Origin: Sporomusa sp.
GTDB lineage: Bacteria; Bacillota; Negativicutes; Sporomusales; Sporomusaceae
Direction: 5' to 3'
NCBI RefSeq assembly: GCF_035561155.1
Contig: NZ_DATMYD010000010.1
Span: 2,873-66,872, forward strand
Length of the DNA: 64,000 nucleotides
The notes beneath the pieces are model-generated. The model was not told where the DNA came from. It did no database searches and worked only from the letters and a program-made list of their open reading frames with translations. Positions within the stretch are counted from its first letter, which is position 1, and the number at the start of each line of letters is the position of its first letter. Shown piece after piece: positions 9,495 through 18,131 of this stretch. Position numbers and translations under genes: made by a program.

Positions 9495-10397
9495 GTGACA
9501 GGTGTAATATTCGACGTTCAACGCTTTACCGTTCATGATGGTCCTGGCATACGAACGGCGATCTTTATGAAGGGGTGCCCTTTGCGGTGTGCCTGGTGTC
9601 AAAACCCAGAGTCAGTGCGTAAAGAACCGCAAATAACATATTTTCCGTCGCAGTGCATCCGGTGCGGTAGTTGTGCTAAAGCCTGCCCGGTGAAAGCGGT
9701 AAGACCTGCTGGCAAGACGCTTATTGAGAAAGTAAACCTGACTTTATGCAATCACTGCGGGGCATGTGCCCAGTCGTGTTGCTCCGGCGCGCTACAACTA
9801 ATTGGTCAGGTTGCCACTGAAGAAGAACTCTGTGATATCGTGATGCGTGATGCTATCTTTTATCAAAACTCAGGTGGCGGAATCACCTTTACCGGCGGCG
9901 AGCCAACCTACCAACCGGAGTTTCTGACCGCCATGGCTAAGCGATTTAAACAACAGGGACTACACTTGGTTATTGAAACCTGCGGCCTATTTCATTGGGA
10001 TTCTGCTGTAGAAGCTTTTTCACTAATGGATATTATATATCTGGATATAAAACATGCTAATGCCGAAAAACACCAACTACTCACCGGCGAAAGCAATGCC
10101 CTTATTCTACAAAATGCCCAGCGCTTGGATCAACTGCAAAAACCAATCCGGATTCGTGTTCCGCTTATCCCAGGCCTTAACGACAGCCTTGAGGACTTTG
10201 GCGAGACTGTCCGCTTTGCCGCACGCCTCAATAACTTAGAAAGAATACAAATATTGCCCTACCACAAGTATGGCATATCCAAATATGAGCGTATTGGTTG
10301 GGGATATCCATTAACCGAGCTTGAGCCTCCGCCTAAGAGTCACGTTGATTCATTGCTGGCGTTGGCCGAGAGCCACAAGGTCGTTTGTACTTTGTAG
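9495..10397 (+). CDS. Glycyl radical enzyme activating protein (radical SAM with ferredoxin insert)
   Basis: HDGPGIRT, CPLRCAWC, two CxxCxxCxxxC motifs, GGITFTGGEP; GTG start at 9495 after a GGAGG RBS. Confidence 0.93.
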   Translation: MTGVIFDVQRFTVHDGPGIRTAIFMKGCPLRCAWCQNPESVRKEPQITYFPSQCIRCGSCAKACPVKAVRPAGKTLIEKVNLTLCNHCGACAQSCCSGALQLIGQVATEEELCDIVMRDAIFYQNSGGGITFTGGEPTYQPEFLTAMAKRFKQQGLHLVIETCGLFHWDSAVEAFSLMDIIYLDIKHANAEKHQLLTGESNALILQNAQRLDQLQKPIRIRVPLIPGLNDSLEDFGETVRFAARLNNLERIQILPYHKYGISKYERIGWGYPLTELEPPPKSHVDSLLALAESHKVVCTL

Positions 10398-10437
10398 CAC
10401 CGCTTAAATACATATGAAACATAGCAGAGCAATCAAA

Positions 10438-10482
10438 ATCGGTCTTCTAAGATGCTCCTTCATGGGCATCCTAGAAGACCGA
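10438..10482. terminator. Bidirectional terminator hairpin
   Basis: atcggtcttcta...tagaagaccgat inverted repeat between convergent genes. Confidence 0.65.
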
Positions 10483-10489
10483 TGGCGTT

Positions 10490-11140
10490 TTATAGTCCTT
10501 TTTGTTCTATTCCGCTAAATAAGAATCCCAAGTGTGTTGTTGAGTTCATAAGTACCAGCCGCCACTTACCATCCTGGTATTCGAACACGTTAATGCATGT
10601 ATTGTCTTGTTTTATCTGCCAGAAGTGTGATAAATCAATATCCAATATATCGCACAGCACGGCTTTGTTAACCGCGTCATGAGCAACAACCAGCACTGTT
10701 TGACCCTGATGCTTTTCGGCCAATTCACGGAATGCTGCCATGGAACGGTCACGAACAGCCGTGATATCTTCCCCGCCTGGTCCAGGCATGGTAACACCTA
10801 CTACAGTACTCTTCCATTGGGCTAAAAGTTCCGGATAGGTTTTGCCAACATCATCGCTTAACAGCCCCTCCCACTCGCCATGGTGAATCTCTAATAACCG
10901 ACTATCGGTATTAACCGGTAACCCATGGGAAGCCACACACATCATGGCTGTATCCACAGCCCGAGATAGCGGGCTGGCATAGCAAACATCAATTGAAACA
11001 TCCTTAAGAGCTTTGGCTGCCTTTTGTCCCTGCTCTCTCCCGAACGCGGTGAGCGGTGTATCAATTTGGCCTTGATAGCGGCCTTCCTTATTCCAGGTAG
11101 TCTCACCGTGGCGGACTAATATAAATCGGGTGATTGCCAT
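10490..11140 (-). CDS. pspA: Histidine phosphatase, probable metal-independent phosphoserine phosphatase (PspA/iPSP type)
   Basis: RHG motif, EIHHGEW (His as in iPSP), C-terminal NSTTHLG tail; directly downstream of serC. Confidence 0.75.
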   Translation of the reverse strand: MAITRFILVRHGETTWNKEGRYQGQIDTPLTAFGREQGQKAAKALKDVSIDVCYASPLSRAVDTAMMCVASHGLPVNTDSRLLEIHHGEWEGLLSDDVGKTYPELLAQWKSTVVGVTMPGPGGEDITAVRDRSMAAFRELAEKHQGQTVLVVAHDAVNKAVLCDILDIDLSHFWQIKQDNTCINVFEYQDGKWRLVLMNSTTHLGFLFSGIEQKGL

Positions 11141-11251
11141 GTTTTCCTCCTTAAACTATAACGGGCCGTTACCGGAACGCTACTAGTATTTTCTTATTCA
11201 TATTGCTACAACAAAGTAAATTTTTACTGTGGCAGTAGAGCGTTCCCTATT

Positions 11252-12349
11252 TTATGCGTTTTCCTTTTGAAAGGCAAGCATGAGCTCGCGTAGGGCCTGG
11301 CAGGATTCATAAGGCACGGCATTGTAAACAGATGCCCGGCAGCCGCCCGCAGAGCGATGTCCGGCCAAACCGACAAATCCTAGTTTTTTCGCAGTATCAA
11401 GGAACTTTTTCTCCAAATCTTCATTGGCTAGGCGGAACGTAATATTCATTAGAGACCGTGCGTCCGGCTGAGCATGACCAATGTAAAAGCCGTTGATGTC
11501 ATCGATGACATCATAGATAAGTGCTGCCTTTTGCTGATTTTGTTTGTAGATCGCGGCTGCTCCTCCCTGCTCTTTGACCCACTCCAGCATAAGTTTTATC
11601 ATATAGATACTGAAAGTGGGTGGCGTATTGTACAAAGAGTTGTCTTTGGCATACGTTCCATACCGGAGCATTGTCGGAACTTTTTTGTTGGCTTGTTCCA
11701 ATAAATCACGGCGAATAATCACTACAGTTACGCCAGAAGGGCCAAGGTTTTTTTGCGCTCCGGCGTAAATCAGGGCAAACTTGCTGACATCAAACGGTTT
11801 TGACAAGATGTCACTTGACATATCCGCAATGAGCGGTACAGTCCCGGTGTCAGGGAAATCCTGCCACGCTGTACCATAAATGGTATTGTTGGAAGTAATG
11901 TGCAGGTAGGCAGCGTCAGCATTGTATTTCAATTCCTCAACTGCCGGTATACGGCGGTAGTTGCCCTCCTTGGCTGAAGCGGCGACAAATATCTCGCCCA
12001 GCTGCTCAGCTTCAGCATAGGCTTTCTCAGACCAGACTCCAGTCATGACATAACCCGCTTTTTTACCTGTCGGCAAGAAGTTCAAGGGCACCATAGCAAA
12101 CTGGAGGCTGGCGCCGCCTTGCAGGAATAGAACCTCATAGCCTGCCGGGATCGCCAGCAGTTCTTTTAATAGCTCAATTGCCCTGTTATGTACTGCCTCA
12201 TAATCTTTGCTGCGGTGGCTGAGTTCCATAACCGACATGCCTGTTCCGTTAAAATCAAGTAGTTCTTCCTGCGCTTTTTGAAGGGCTGTAAGCGGCAGCG
12301 CAGCTGGTCCGGCATTGAAGTTGTATACTCTTTTACTGTTCTTTTCCAT
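11252..12349 (-). CDS. serC: Phosphoserine aminotransferase
   Basis: YNFNAGPAALP, ELSHRS, LQGGASLQF, YAGAQKNLGP, GHRSAGGCRAS. Confidence 0.97.
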   Translation of the reverse strand: MEKNSKRVYNFNAGPAALPLTALQKAQEELLDFNGTGMSVMELSHRSKDYEAVHNRAIELLKELLAIPAGYEVLFLQGGASLQFAMVPLNFLPTGKKAGYVMTGVWSEKAYAEAEQLGEIFVAASAKEGNYRRIPAVEELKYNADAAYLHITSNNTIYGTAWQDFPDTGTVPLIADMSSDILSKPFDVSKFALIYAGAQKNLGPSGVTVVIIRRDLLEQANKKVPTMLRYGTYAKDNSLYNTPPTFSIYMIKLMLEWVKEQGGAAAIYKQNQQKAALIYDVIDDINGFYIGHAQPDARSLMNITFRLANEDLEKKFLDTAKKLGFVGLAGHRSAGGCRASVYNAVPYESCQALRELMLAFQKENA

Positions 12350-12364
12350 AAAAATCACCTCATA

Positions 12365-12675
12365 AAAATCTCGCCCCTACATGCAAATATTATGTATGGG
12401 GCGAAACAGATATCTCGCGGTGCCACCCAGTTTAGACCTAACAGCACAGCCAACTCCGCATAAAACAAAAAACCCTCATCCCCTACAGGGACGAGAGCTA
12501 TTCCCGCGTTGCCACCCATGTTGCCTTCCGGCCAACTTTTGCCGCTATACCGGGCGGACCCGTCAGATTCATCATAAGCCACTCCCAGGCGGAATTAATC
12601 ATTACTCACACCAGCTCACACCAACCGCTGGCTCTCTGAAGATTGTAACCAATTAACTTCCTGTTCATCATGTTA
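12365..12675 (-). promoter_or_regulatory. Ser T-box riboswitch with a second, stem-I-less antiterminator/terminator module
   Basis: Stem I with AGAGAG and GGTG boxes; specifier UCC at 12591-12593; T-box AACATGGGTGGCAACGCG (12505-12522) plus terminator; second AAACTGGGTGGCACCGCG (12416-12433) plus hairpin. Confidence 0.9.
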
Positions 12676-12695
12676 CGCTATTTAACTTGTTTTCG

Positions 12696-12724
12696 ATTAT
12701 ACATTATGCGCCGACCGCAGTCAA
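12696..12724 (-). promoter_or_regulatory. SigA promoter of the serC leader
   Basis: TTGACT-17 nt-TATAAT on the minus strand. Confidence 0.85.
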
Positions 12725-12745
12725 GTGTATTTTACCGAAAAACTA

Positions 12746-14167
12746 TCAAAAACATTCCTGCTGTTTTATAAACATGCGCCGAACACGAGCGTCAAGGGCA
12801 GCAGTAAGCGCGGCGTGTGTATTGTTTAACCGTCCGGCTTGAATTCGCTCCAACAGATTCTGCTGAAAGCGGCCAACGCCAGGGCCTCCGCCAATCTTGG
12901 CGGCAATTTCCTGTCCGCTCAGCCTAAGCTGCGCTGGAAAAAATGGTACCTCAAGCAAAATCTCGCTAGCGATTTCCCTGACGGCTTTTAGCCCGGCCAT
13001 ATCACTTTGAGTGTGCCCGGCCAACCGATCGGCCTGATGCAAGGTAAACAGCTGCACCAAAGCGGCATTAAATTGACTGCAGTTTTTAAAGTCACCAGCC
13101 AAACGCTTGAGCCATCTTAGCACAGCTTTACGCTCAGCTTCCGGGAAAACCAGATGATTGCGAATGAGCCATTCCACCCGTTCGACCATCTGACGCTCTA
13201 CCCGTAATCTTGCCAAGATAGCCGCGGCTGCCTTAGCCCCGGCTTTATCATGACCGGGATCAGACGGCTGGCCCTCCCGATTCATAGTACGTACTCCCGG
13301 CCAACCTTTAGCAACATCATGCAATAGCGCACTCCAGCGCAGGACGGCCTCCGGCGGTATCAACTCAACAGTCGCAAGCGTATGCCGCCAGGCATCGTAC
13401 AGATGATATTTCGGGTTTTGCGGTAATCCGCTAAGGTGCTCAAGCTCAGGCAGAATAGGCACAGCATATGCCTTCCCCTGTTCTTTGGCCTGACATTTAG
13501 CCCCCAGCAACCCTGTTTTAAGCAGTACGCCAAAACCCTGTGATGAGAAGTCAGCAATCAGCGTTTTCTCGATCTCAGTCCGTACTCGCTCGACTGACAA
13601 ACCACTCACCCGGCCCAGGTTGGCCGAAATAGCAGCCATTGTGCCACTTTCCAGGTTAAACCCAAGGCGGGCGGCAAAGCGGGCAGCCCGGAACATCCGC
13701 AGCCCATCCTCGGCAAACCGTTCATGCGGGTTGCCTACTGTACGAATAATCCCAGCTGCTAAGTCTTCCTGCCCTCCAAACAAATCGATAATACGGCCGT
13801 CAGTCCCCATAGCCATGGCATTAATCGTAAAGTCGCGCCTGGCCAGATCCTCTGCCAGACTCACCCCGAGCTCAACTGTTTCCGGTCGGTGACTGTCGGT
13901 GCCATAACGTTCACTGCGAAATGTCGCTACCTCATAGTTATGATCGCCGGCCACAATGATCACCACACCAAAAGCAGCCCCCACAGTGATAGCCCGCCAG
14001 CCCTGACGCGCTGAAATAGCTACGATCTCCTCCGGGATTGCACTGGTAGTCAAATCGATGTCGACAGGCTGGGAACCGCGTACTATATCCCGCACCGCGC
14101 CGCCCACAATGTATACCTCATAACCGGCAGCCTCAAGCGCCTTCATAATCTTTCTGGCTGTTTCCAT
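12746..14167 (-). CDS. cca: CCA tRNA nucleotidyltransferase (class II, with HD domain)
   Basis: VGGAVRD, DIDL, EVATFR, DLARRDFTINAMA, EDGLRMFRAARF, LLHD; ATG at 14167 after an AAGGAG RBS. Confidence 0.92.
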   Translation of the reverse strand: METARKIMKALEAAGYEVYIVGGAVRDIVRGSQPVDIDLTTSAIPEEIVAISARQGWRAITVGAAFGVVIIVAGDHNYEVATFRSERYGTDSHRPETVELGVSLAEDLARRDFTINAMAMGTDGRIIDLFGGQEDLAAGIIRTVGNPHERFAEDGLRMFRAARFAARLGFNLESGTMAAISANLGRVSGLSVERVRTEIEKTLIADFSSQGFGVLLKTGLLGAKCQAKEQGKAYAVPILPELEHLSGLPQNPKYHLYDAWRHTLATVELIPPEAVLRWSALLHDVAKGWPGVRTMNREGQPSDPGHDKAGAKAAAAILARLRVERQMVERVEWLIRNHLVFPEAERKAVLRWLKRLAGDFKNCSQFNAALVQLFTLHQADRLAGHTQSDMAGLKAVREIASEILLEVPFFPAQLRLSGQEIAAKIGGGPGVGRFQQNLLERIQAGRLNNTHAALTAALDARVRRMFIKQQECF

Positions 14168-14180
14168 AGAGTGTACTCCT

Positions 14181-15020
14181 TTAGCCGTTGACACGTCGAC
14201 CAGTCAATTCAACAAATACATCCTCCAGATTCGTATGCCGCAGTGTTGTATTGGTTGCCAATGTCCCGGCAAACGCCGCAGCTTCACTCCGGCTGGCAAA
14301 GAAGCGATATTGCGTACCTTCGCTCTCTGTCCATTCCACCACATAGTTGCCTAACCGTTCACATAACAACCTTGGACTGTTGAGCGCAATTAGCTGCCCC
14401 TTTTCCATGATGGCAACACGCTGGCAGAGGCTTTCAGCCTCTTCAATATAGTGGGTAGTCAATAGCACCGTTAACCCATCAGCATTCATACGACGAATAA
14501 GATCCCACAAACGCCGTCTCACCTGGGGATCAAGCCCTACAGTAGGTTCGTCCAGAAACAAAACCTGCGGCTTATGCAGGAGTGCCCGCGCGATCATCAG
14601 CCGCCGTTTCATACCACCTGAAAAAGTATTCACCATATCATTGCCGCGTTCTGTAAGCTCGACATAATCCAATAACTCTTCAATACGCTGTTCCCTCAGT
14701 TCGCTGGACATATGGTGCAGCCGTCCATGTAAATCCAGGTTTTCCTTGGCTGTCAGATCAATATCAAGATTTAAGTGCTGAGGAACAACGCCAATAACTG
14801 ATTTGACGGCTAGCTCATCCTGTGGCAGCCGCCAGCCGTTAATTGTAATATTACCGGCTGTTGGCCGGGTAAGCATGGTCAGAATTCGTATTGTCGTAGT
14901 TTTACCGGCACCGTTAGGACCAAGCAAACCAAAGGTTTCTCCCTGTTCAATCGTCAAATTCAGGTTATTTACTGCTATTCGCTCACCGAATTTTTTTATT
15001 AACCCTTGAATACAAATCAT
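14181..15020 (-). CDS. ABC-2/NodI-like ATP-binding protein (no adjacent permease)
   Basis: GPNGAGKTT, FSGGMKRR, LDEPTVGLD, TTHY. Confidence 0.92.
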   Translation of the reverse strand: MICIQGLIKKFGERIAVNNLNLTIEQGETFGLLGPNGAGKTTTIRILTMLTRPTAGNITINGWRLPQDELAVKSVIGVVPQHLNLDIDLTAKENLDLHGRLHHMSSELREQRIEELLDYVELTERGNDMVNTFSGGMKRRLMIARALLHKPQVLFLDEPTVGLDPQVRRRLWDLIRRMNADGLTVLLTTHYIEEAESLCQRVAIMEKGQLIALNSPRLLCERLGNYVVEWTESEGTQYRFFASRSEAAAFAGTLATNTTLRHTNLEDVFVELTGRRVNG

Positions 15021-15179
15021 AAGTAACCTCGCAAAATGTTAATGGTGATATTTTCAACAGCAGCCGCGCCAACTCCTGCCTGGTATATTTTTTCGTCCGG
15101 GACAAAAGTCCTATATAGTCAAATTAGTACCAATGTTATGATAAATTTACGTGACAAAAATCAGGAGGTAAATCCGGGT

Positions 15180-16886
15180 GTGACTCAACTTGAATCCAAC
15201 TATAACGAATTTCAACAGATATTTAATGCAGCTGCTGACGGCATGTGTGTTATTGCCCGTGATTTCACTGTGCTGAAAGTAAATGATGCCTTTACTGCGA
15301 TGACCGGCTTCACACGCGAGCAAACTATTGGGCAAAAGTGTTATACGTTAACACCTAATCCGTACTGCCAAACCCCGTCTTGCCCCATGCTTCGCATTGC
15401 TGATTCCCTGCAATGCATTGATTTTGATATTACTTTTAAAAACGGCGTCGGGGACGAAATAGATTGTATACTAACAGCCACACCGTTACTAAATCCCTCA
15501 CGCGAGCTAACAGGGATTGTTACATATATCAAAGATATTACTGAGCGCAAACGTCATGAACGCGAGCTTATTACCACTAATCAAAACCTGGAGAAAAAGG
15601 TTATCGAACGCACACAAGCGCTTAAAGGCCAGGAAGATCAGCTTGTTAGGCTGCTATATACCGATACGCTAACCAGCCTCCCTAACCGCTTACGCTTGCT
15701 CCGGGATGTTGCCAAATCTAAAGTACCTGTTGTAGCACTTATTAACATTGATGATTTTGAACAAATAAATAACTTTTACGGTTATGCTGAAGGTGATTTT
15801 ATTCTCGTCAGCCTGGCACGGCTGCTATCGGATATTTTACCTAACCCCGCTTATGCACTTTATAAAATGCATGCGGACGAATACGCAATCTTTCTTGATG
15901 CTCAGACTGCAGCCAATTTGCCTGCAATTTTAGATAATTTTGAAGGACTGGCCAAGCATATTGCTTCAACTATTCTTACAACCCGGTTTTCCACAAACCA
16001 CCAGGAAGTCCTTTTACGGGTAAGCACCGGCATAGCCTTCACAGCCAGTGCCGATCCTAAAAGTCTGGTTATCAAGGCTGACATCGCCCTGCGTGAGGCT
16101 CGCGCGCAACGTAAGCCTTACCTCTTTTTTAGAGAAGCTGATGGCATAGACGCCCGCTACCAGGATAATATCAAATGGGCGAAATTACTGCAGGAAGCCA
16201 TTAAATATGACCGTATTGTTCCGTATTTTCAGGCAATATATAATCATCGAGATCCTAATAACCGTCATTACGAAGTACTTGCGCGGCTGGTGGATAATCG
16301 AGGGAAGATTATCTCCCCTCACCAGTTTCTCGACGTTGCCAAAGCTACCAGACAATATCCGGCCATAACGAAAGCCATTATCCAAAAATCGTTTTCGGTA
16401 TTCAAACACCTCCCTAACGAAATATCCATCAACCTCGATGTAGAAGATATGCTGGATCTTCAAACAACCACTATGATTCATGAACTGCTGGAGAAATATA
16501 ACATGACCCGAAAAGTGGCTTTTGAGGTATTGGAAAACCATAGTCTGGAAAGCCACACTGCTGCCGTTCAATTCTTAAAGAACCTTAAAACGTCTGGCTG
16601 CAAATTGGCTGTCGATGATTTTGGCTCAGGTTATTCCAACTTTGCTTATGTACTGTCGCTTGACTTTGATTATCTGAAAATTGACGCCTCTCTCATCAGA
16701 AATATTGATCAGGATGCCAGTTCACAATCCATTGTCAAAAGCATTGTTGCCTTTGCTCAGGATATGGGCATTAAAACAATCGCTGAGTTCGTCCACTCTG
16801 AGTCAGTATTTACGACTGTCCAGAAGTATAATATTGACTTTTCTCAAGGTTATTACATAGCCAGGCCTGGTCCACAACTTGCTTAG
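15180..16886 (+). CDS. PAS-GGDEF(degenerate)-EAL protein, likely c-di-GMP phosphodiesterase
   Basis: PAS/PAC (DITERK), DTLTSLPNR, GGDEF degenerated to HADEY, EVLAR, DDFGSGYS, IAEFV, QGYY; GTG after CAGGAGG. Confidence 0.9.
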   Translation: MTQLESNYNEFQQIFNAAADGMCVIARDFTVLKVNDAFTAMTGFTREQTIGQKCYTLTPNPYCQTPSCPMLRIADSLQCIDFDITFKNGVGDEIDCILTATPLLNPSRELTGIVTYIKDITERKRHERELITTNQNLEKKVIERTQALKGQEDQLVRLLYTDTLTSLPNRLRLLRDVAKSKVPVVALINIDDFEQINNFYGYAEGDFILVSLARLLSDILPNPAYALYKMHADEYAIFLDAQTAANLPAILDNFEGLAKHIASTILTTRFSTNHQEVLLRVSTGIAFTASADPKSLVIKADIALREARAQRKPYLFFREADGIDARYQDNIKWAKLLQEAIKYDRIVPYFQAIYNHRDPNNRHYEVLARLVDNRGKIISPHQFLDVAKATRQYPAITKAIIQKSFSVFKHLPNEISINLDVEDMLDLQTTTMIHELLEKYNMTRKVAFEVLENHSLESHTAAVQFLKNLKTSGCKLAVDDFGSGYSNFAYVLSLDFDYLKIDASLIRNIDQDASSQSIVKSIVAFAQDMGIKTIAEFVHSESVFTTVQKYNIDFSQGYYIARPGPQLA

Positions 16887-16997
16887 TGACAAGTAGCAAC
16901 AATGCAATCCCCGGAGAGTTTTGAAAGCTTCTCCGGGGATTGTAGATTTAAAGCTGACCTCCCACGGAGGCCAGCTTTATGAGTAACTATTAGTATC

Positions 16998-17312
16998 TTA
17001 CCGCGGGAAGCAGCCTTCACGTGGGAAACAACCTTGACGCGGGAAGCAGCCTTGACGCGGAAAGCAGCCTTGACGCGGAAAGCAGCCTTGACGGGGGAAA
17101 CAACCAAACTGCCGGGGGAAGCAGAACCTACGGGGGAAACAGCCAAACTGCCGGGGGAAGCAAAAACTACCGGGAAAACAGCCAAAGCCAACACCGACAA
17201 TGAACTGACGGTCGTCACTTCTCACATCAGAGTCATCATCCCATTCGTCCTCATCGTCATCCCATTCTTCAAGTTCAGGATCTTCCCAATCAGGGCGCTT
17301 TTTATAAGCCAT
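16998..17312 (-). CDS. Small protein with acidic leader and ten CFP(R) repeats (heterocycloanthracin-like RiPP precursor or Cys-rich spore protein)
   Basis: AAAGGAGG RBS, own terminator hairpin at 16950-16979; repeats vary at third codon positions in this frame. Confidence 0.8.
   Translation of the reverse strand: MAYKKRPDWEDPELEEWDDDEDEWDDDSDVRSDDRQFIVGVGFGCFPGSFCFPRQFGCFPRRFCFPRQFGCFPRQGCFPRQGCFPRQGCFPRQGCFPREGCFPR
17001..17183 (-). repeat. Coding tandem repeat (18-nt GCFPRQ units plus 18-21-nt variants)
   Basis: gggaagcagccttgacgc-like units repeated in tandem. Confidence 0.9.
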
Positions 17313-17401
17313 CTAAAATTCCTCCTTTAGCTTTGTCACTTCGGCTAAGAAAGCTCGAAGGTTCACTTATGCTACATAATATGCAGATATTGGTTCTGTT
17401 G

Positions 17402-18022
17402 CTACTGATAAACAACTCCGATAGTAACCAATGTCAGATAATTATTCGCAGCATGGAGGATGATCGGTGTCCATAAAGACTGAGTCCGGCAATATAAGTA
17501 ACCAAAGAGACCGCTTAATGTTCCTATATACATCGCGTTACCAAGCATGTTCCATCCAAGTATTCCGTCAGCCAGCCAAACGGGAATGTGAATGACTACA
17601 AACATAATACTTACCACAACGTTTGCACTGAATAAGTTGATTCTCTCAATCAACTTATTCAGGAGAAATCCCCTGAAAAACAGTTCTTCTACTGTGCTTG
17701 CCGCAATAACAGAGTTTAGCCAGTAGTCAACCGGCCAGGTAAACCAAAGCTTACCATGCCCAATAATCATTGCCTTACTTAAACTAACACCTGCAAATAA
17801 CAGGCTAAATCCTAATCCCCAACTAATACCGCACAAGCATCTATCCATTCGAATCTGCAAATACTCTGATAAATTCTTTCTGTCTACATAATGAATATAA
17901 AGCAGCATAGGAAGAGTAATGCCTATGATAAAACTACCACTGATAGTGGTTTGAACATTTACCCAAACAATCAAAAATACCCAAATGTACATTACAATAC
18001 ATTCAACACTGATTATTCGCAA
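17402..18022 (-). CDS. CPBP/Abi (CAAX protease-like) intramembrane metalloprotease
   Basis: EELFFRG, FVVIH and HAANN motifs. Confidence 0.9.
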   Translation of the reverse strand: MRIISVECIVMYIWVFLIVWVNVQTTISGSFIIGITLPMLLYIHYVDRKNLSEYLQIRMDRCLCGISWGLGFSLLFAGVSLSKAMIIGHGKLWFTWPVDYWLNSVIAASTVEELFFRGFLLNKLIERINLFSANVVVSIMFVVIHIPVWLADGILGWNMLGNAMYIGTLSGLFGYLYCRTQSLWTPIILHAANNYLTLVTIGVVYQ

Positions 18023-18131
18023 AAGGTTACCCCGCTGATATAGGATTTTAGCCTATTATCTGCGGGGGTTGTGCTTTTTAACCAGAAAAAACCGATAGAC
18101 ACCAATCGTGTCCATCGGTTTTTTCTGGTTC

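Noticed and set aside
17001-17183. Possible CRISPR array
   Set aside because: The units are contiguous 18-21-nt coding repeats without unique spacers, and no cas genes are present
16883-17330. Alternative-frame repeat ORFs (16883-17218, 17021-17203, 17034-17330)
   Set aside because: Shadows of the CFPR repeat; only 16998-17312 has a strong RBS and third-position variation
18055-18085. Possible FliA/SigD promoter (GCAGATAA) before the CPBP gene
   Set aside because: The TAAA is only 11 nt from the -10 motif instead of about 15
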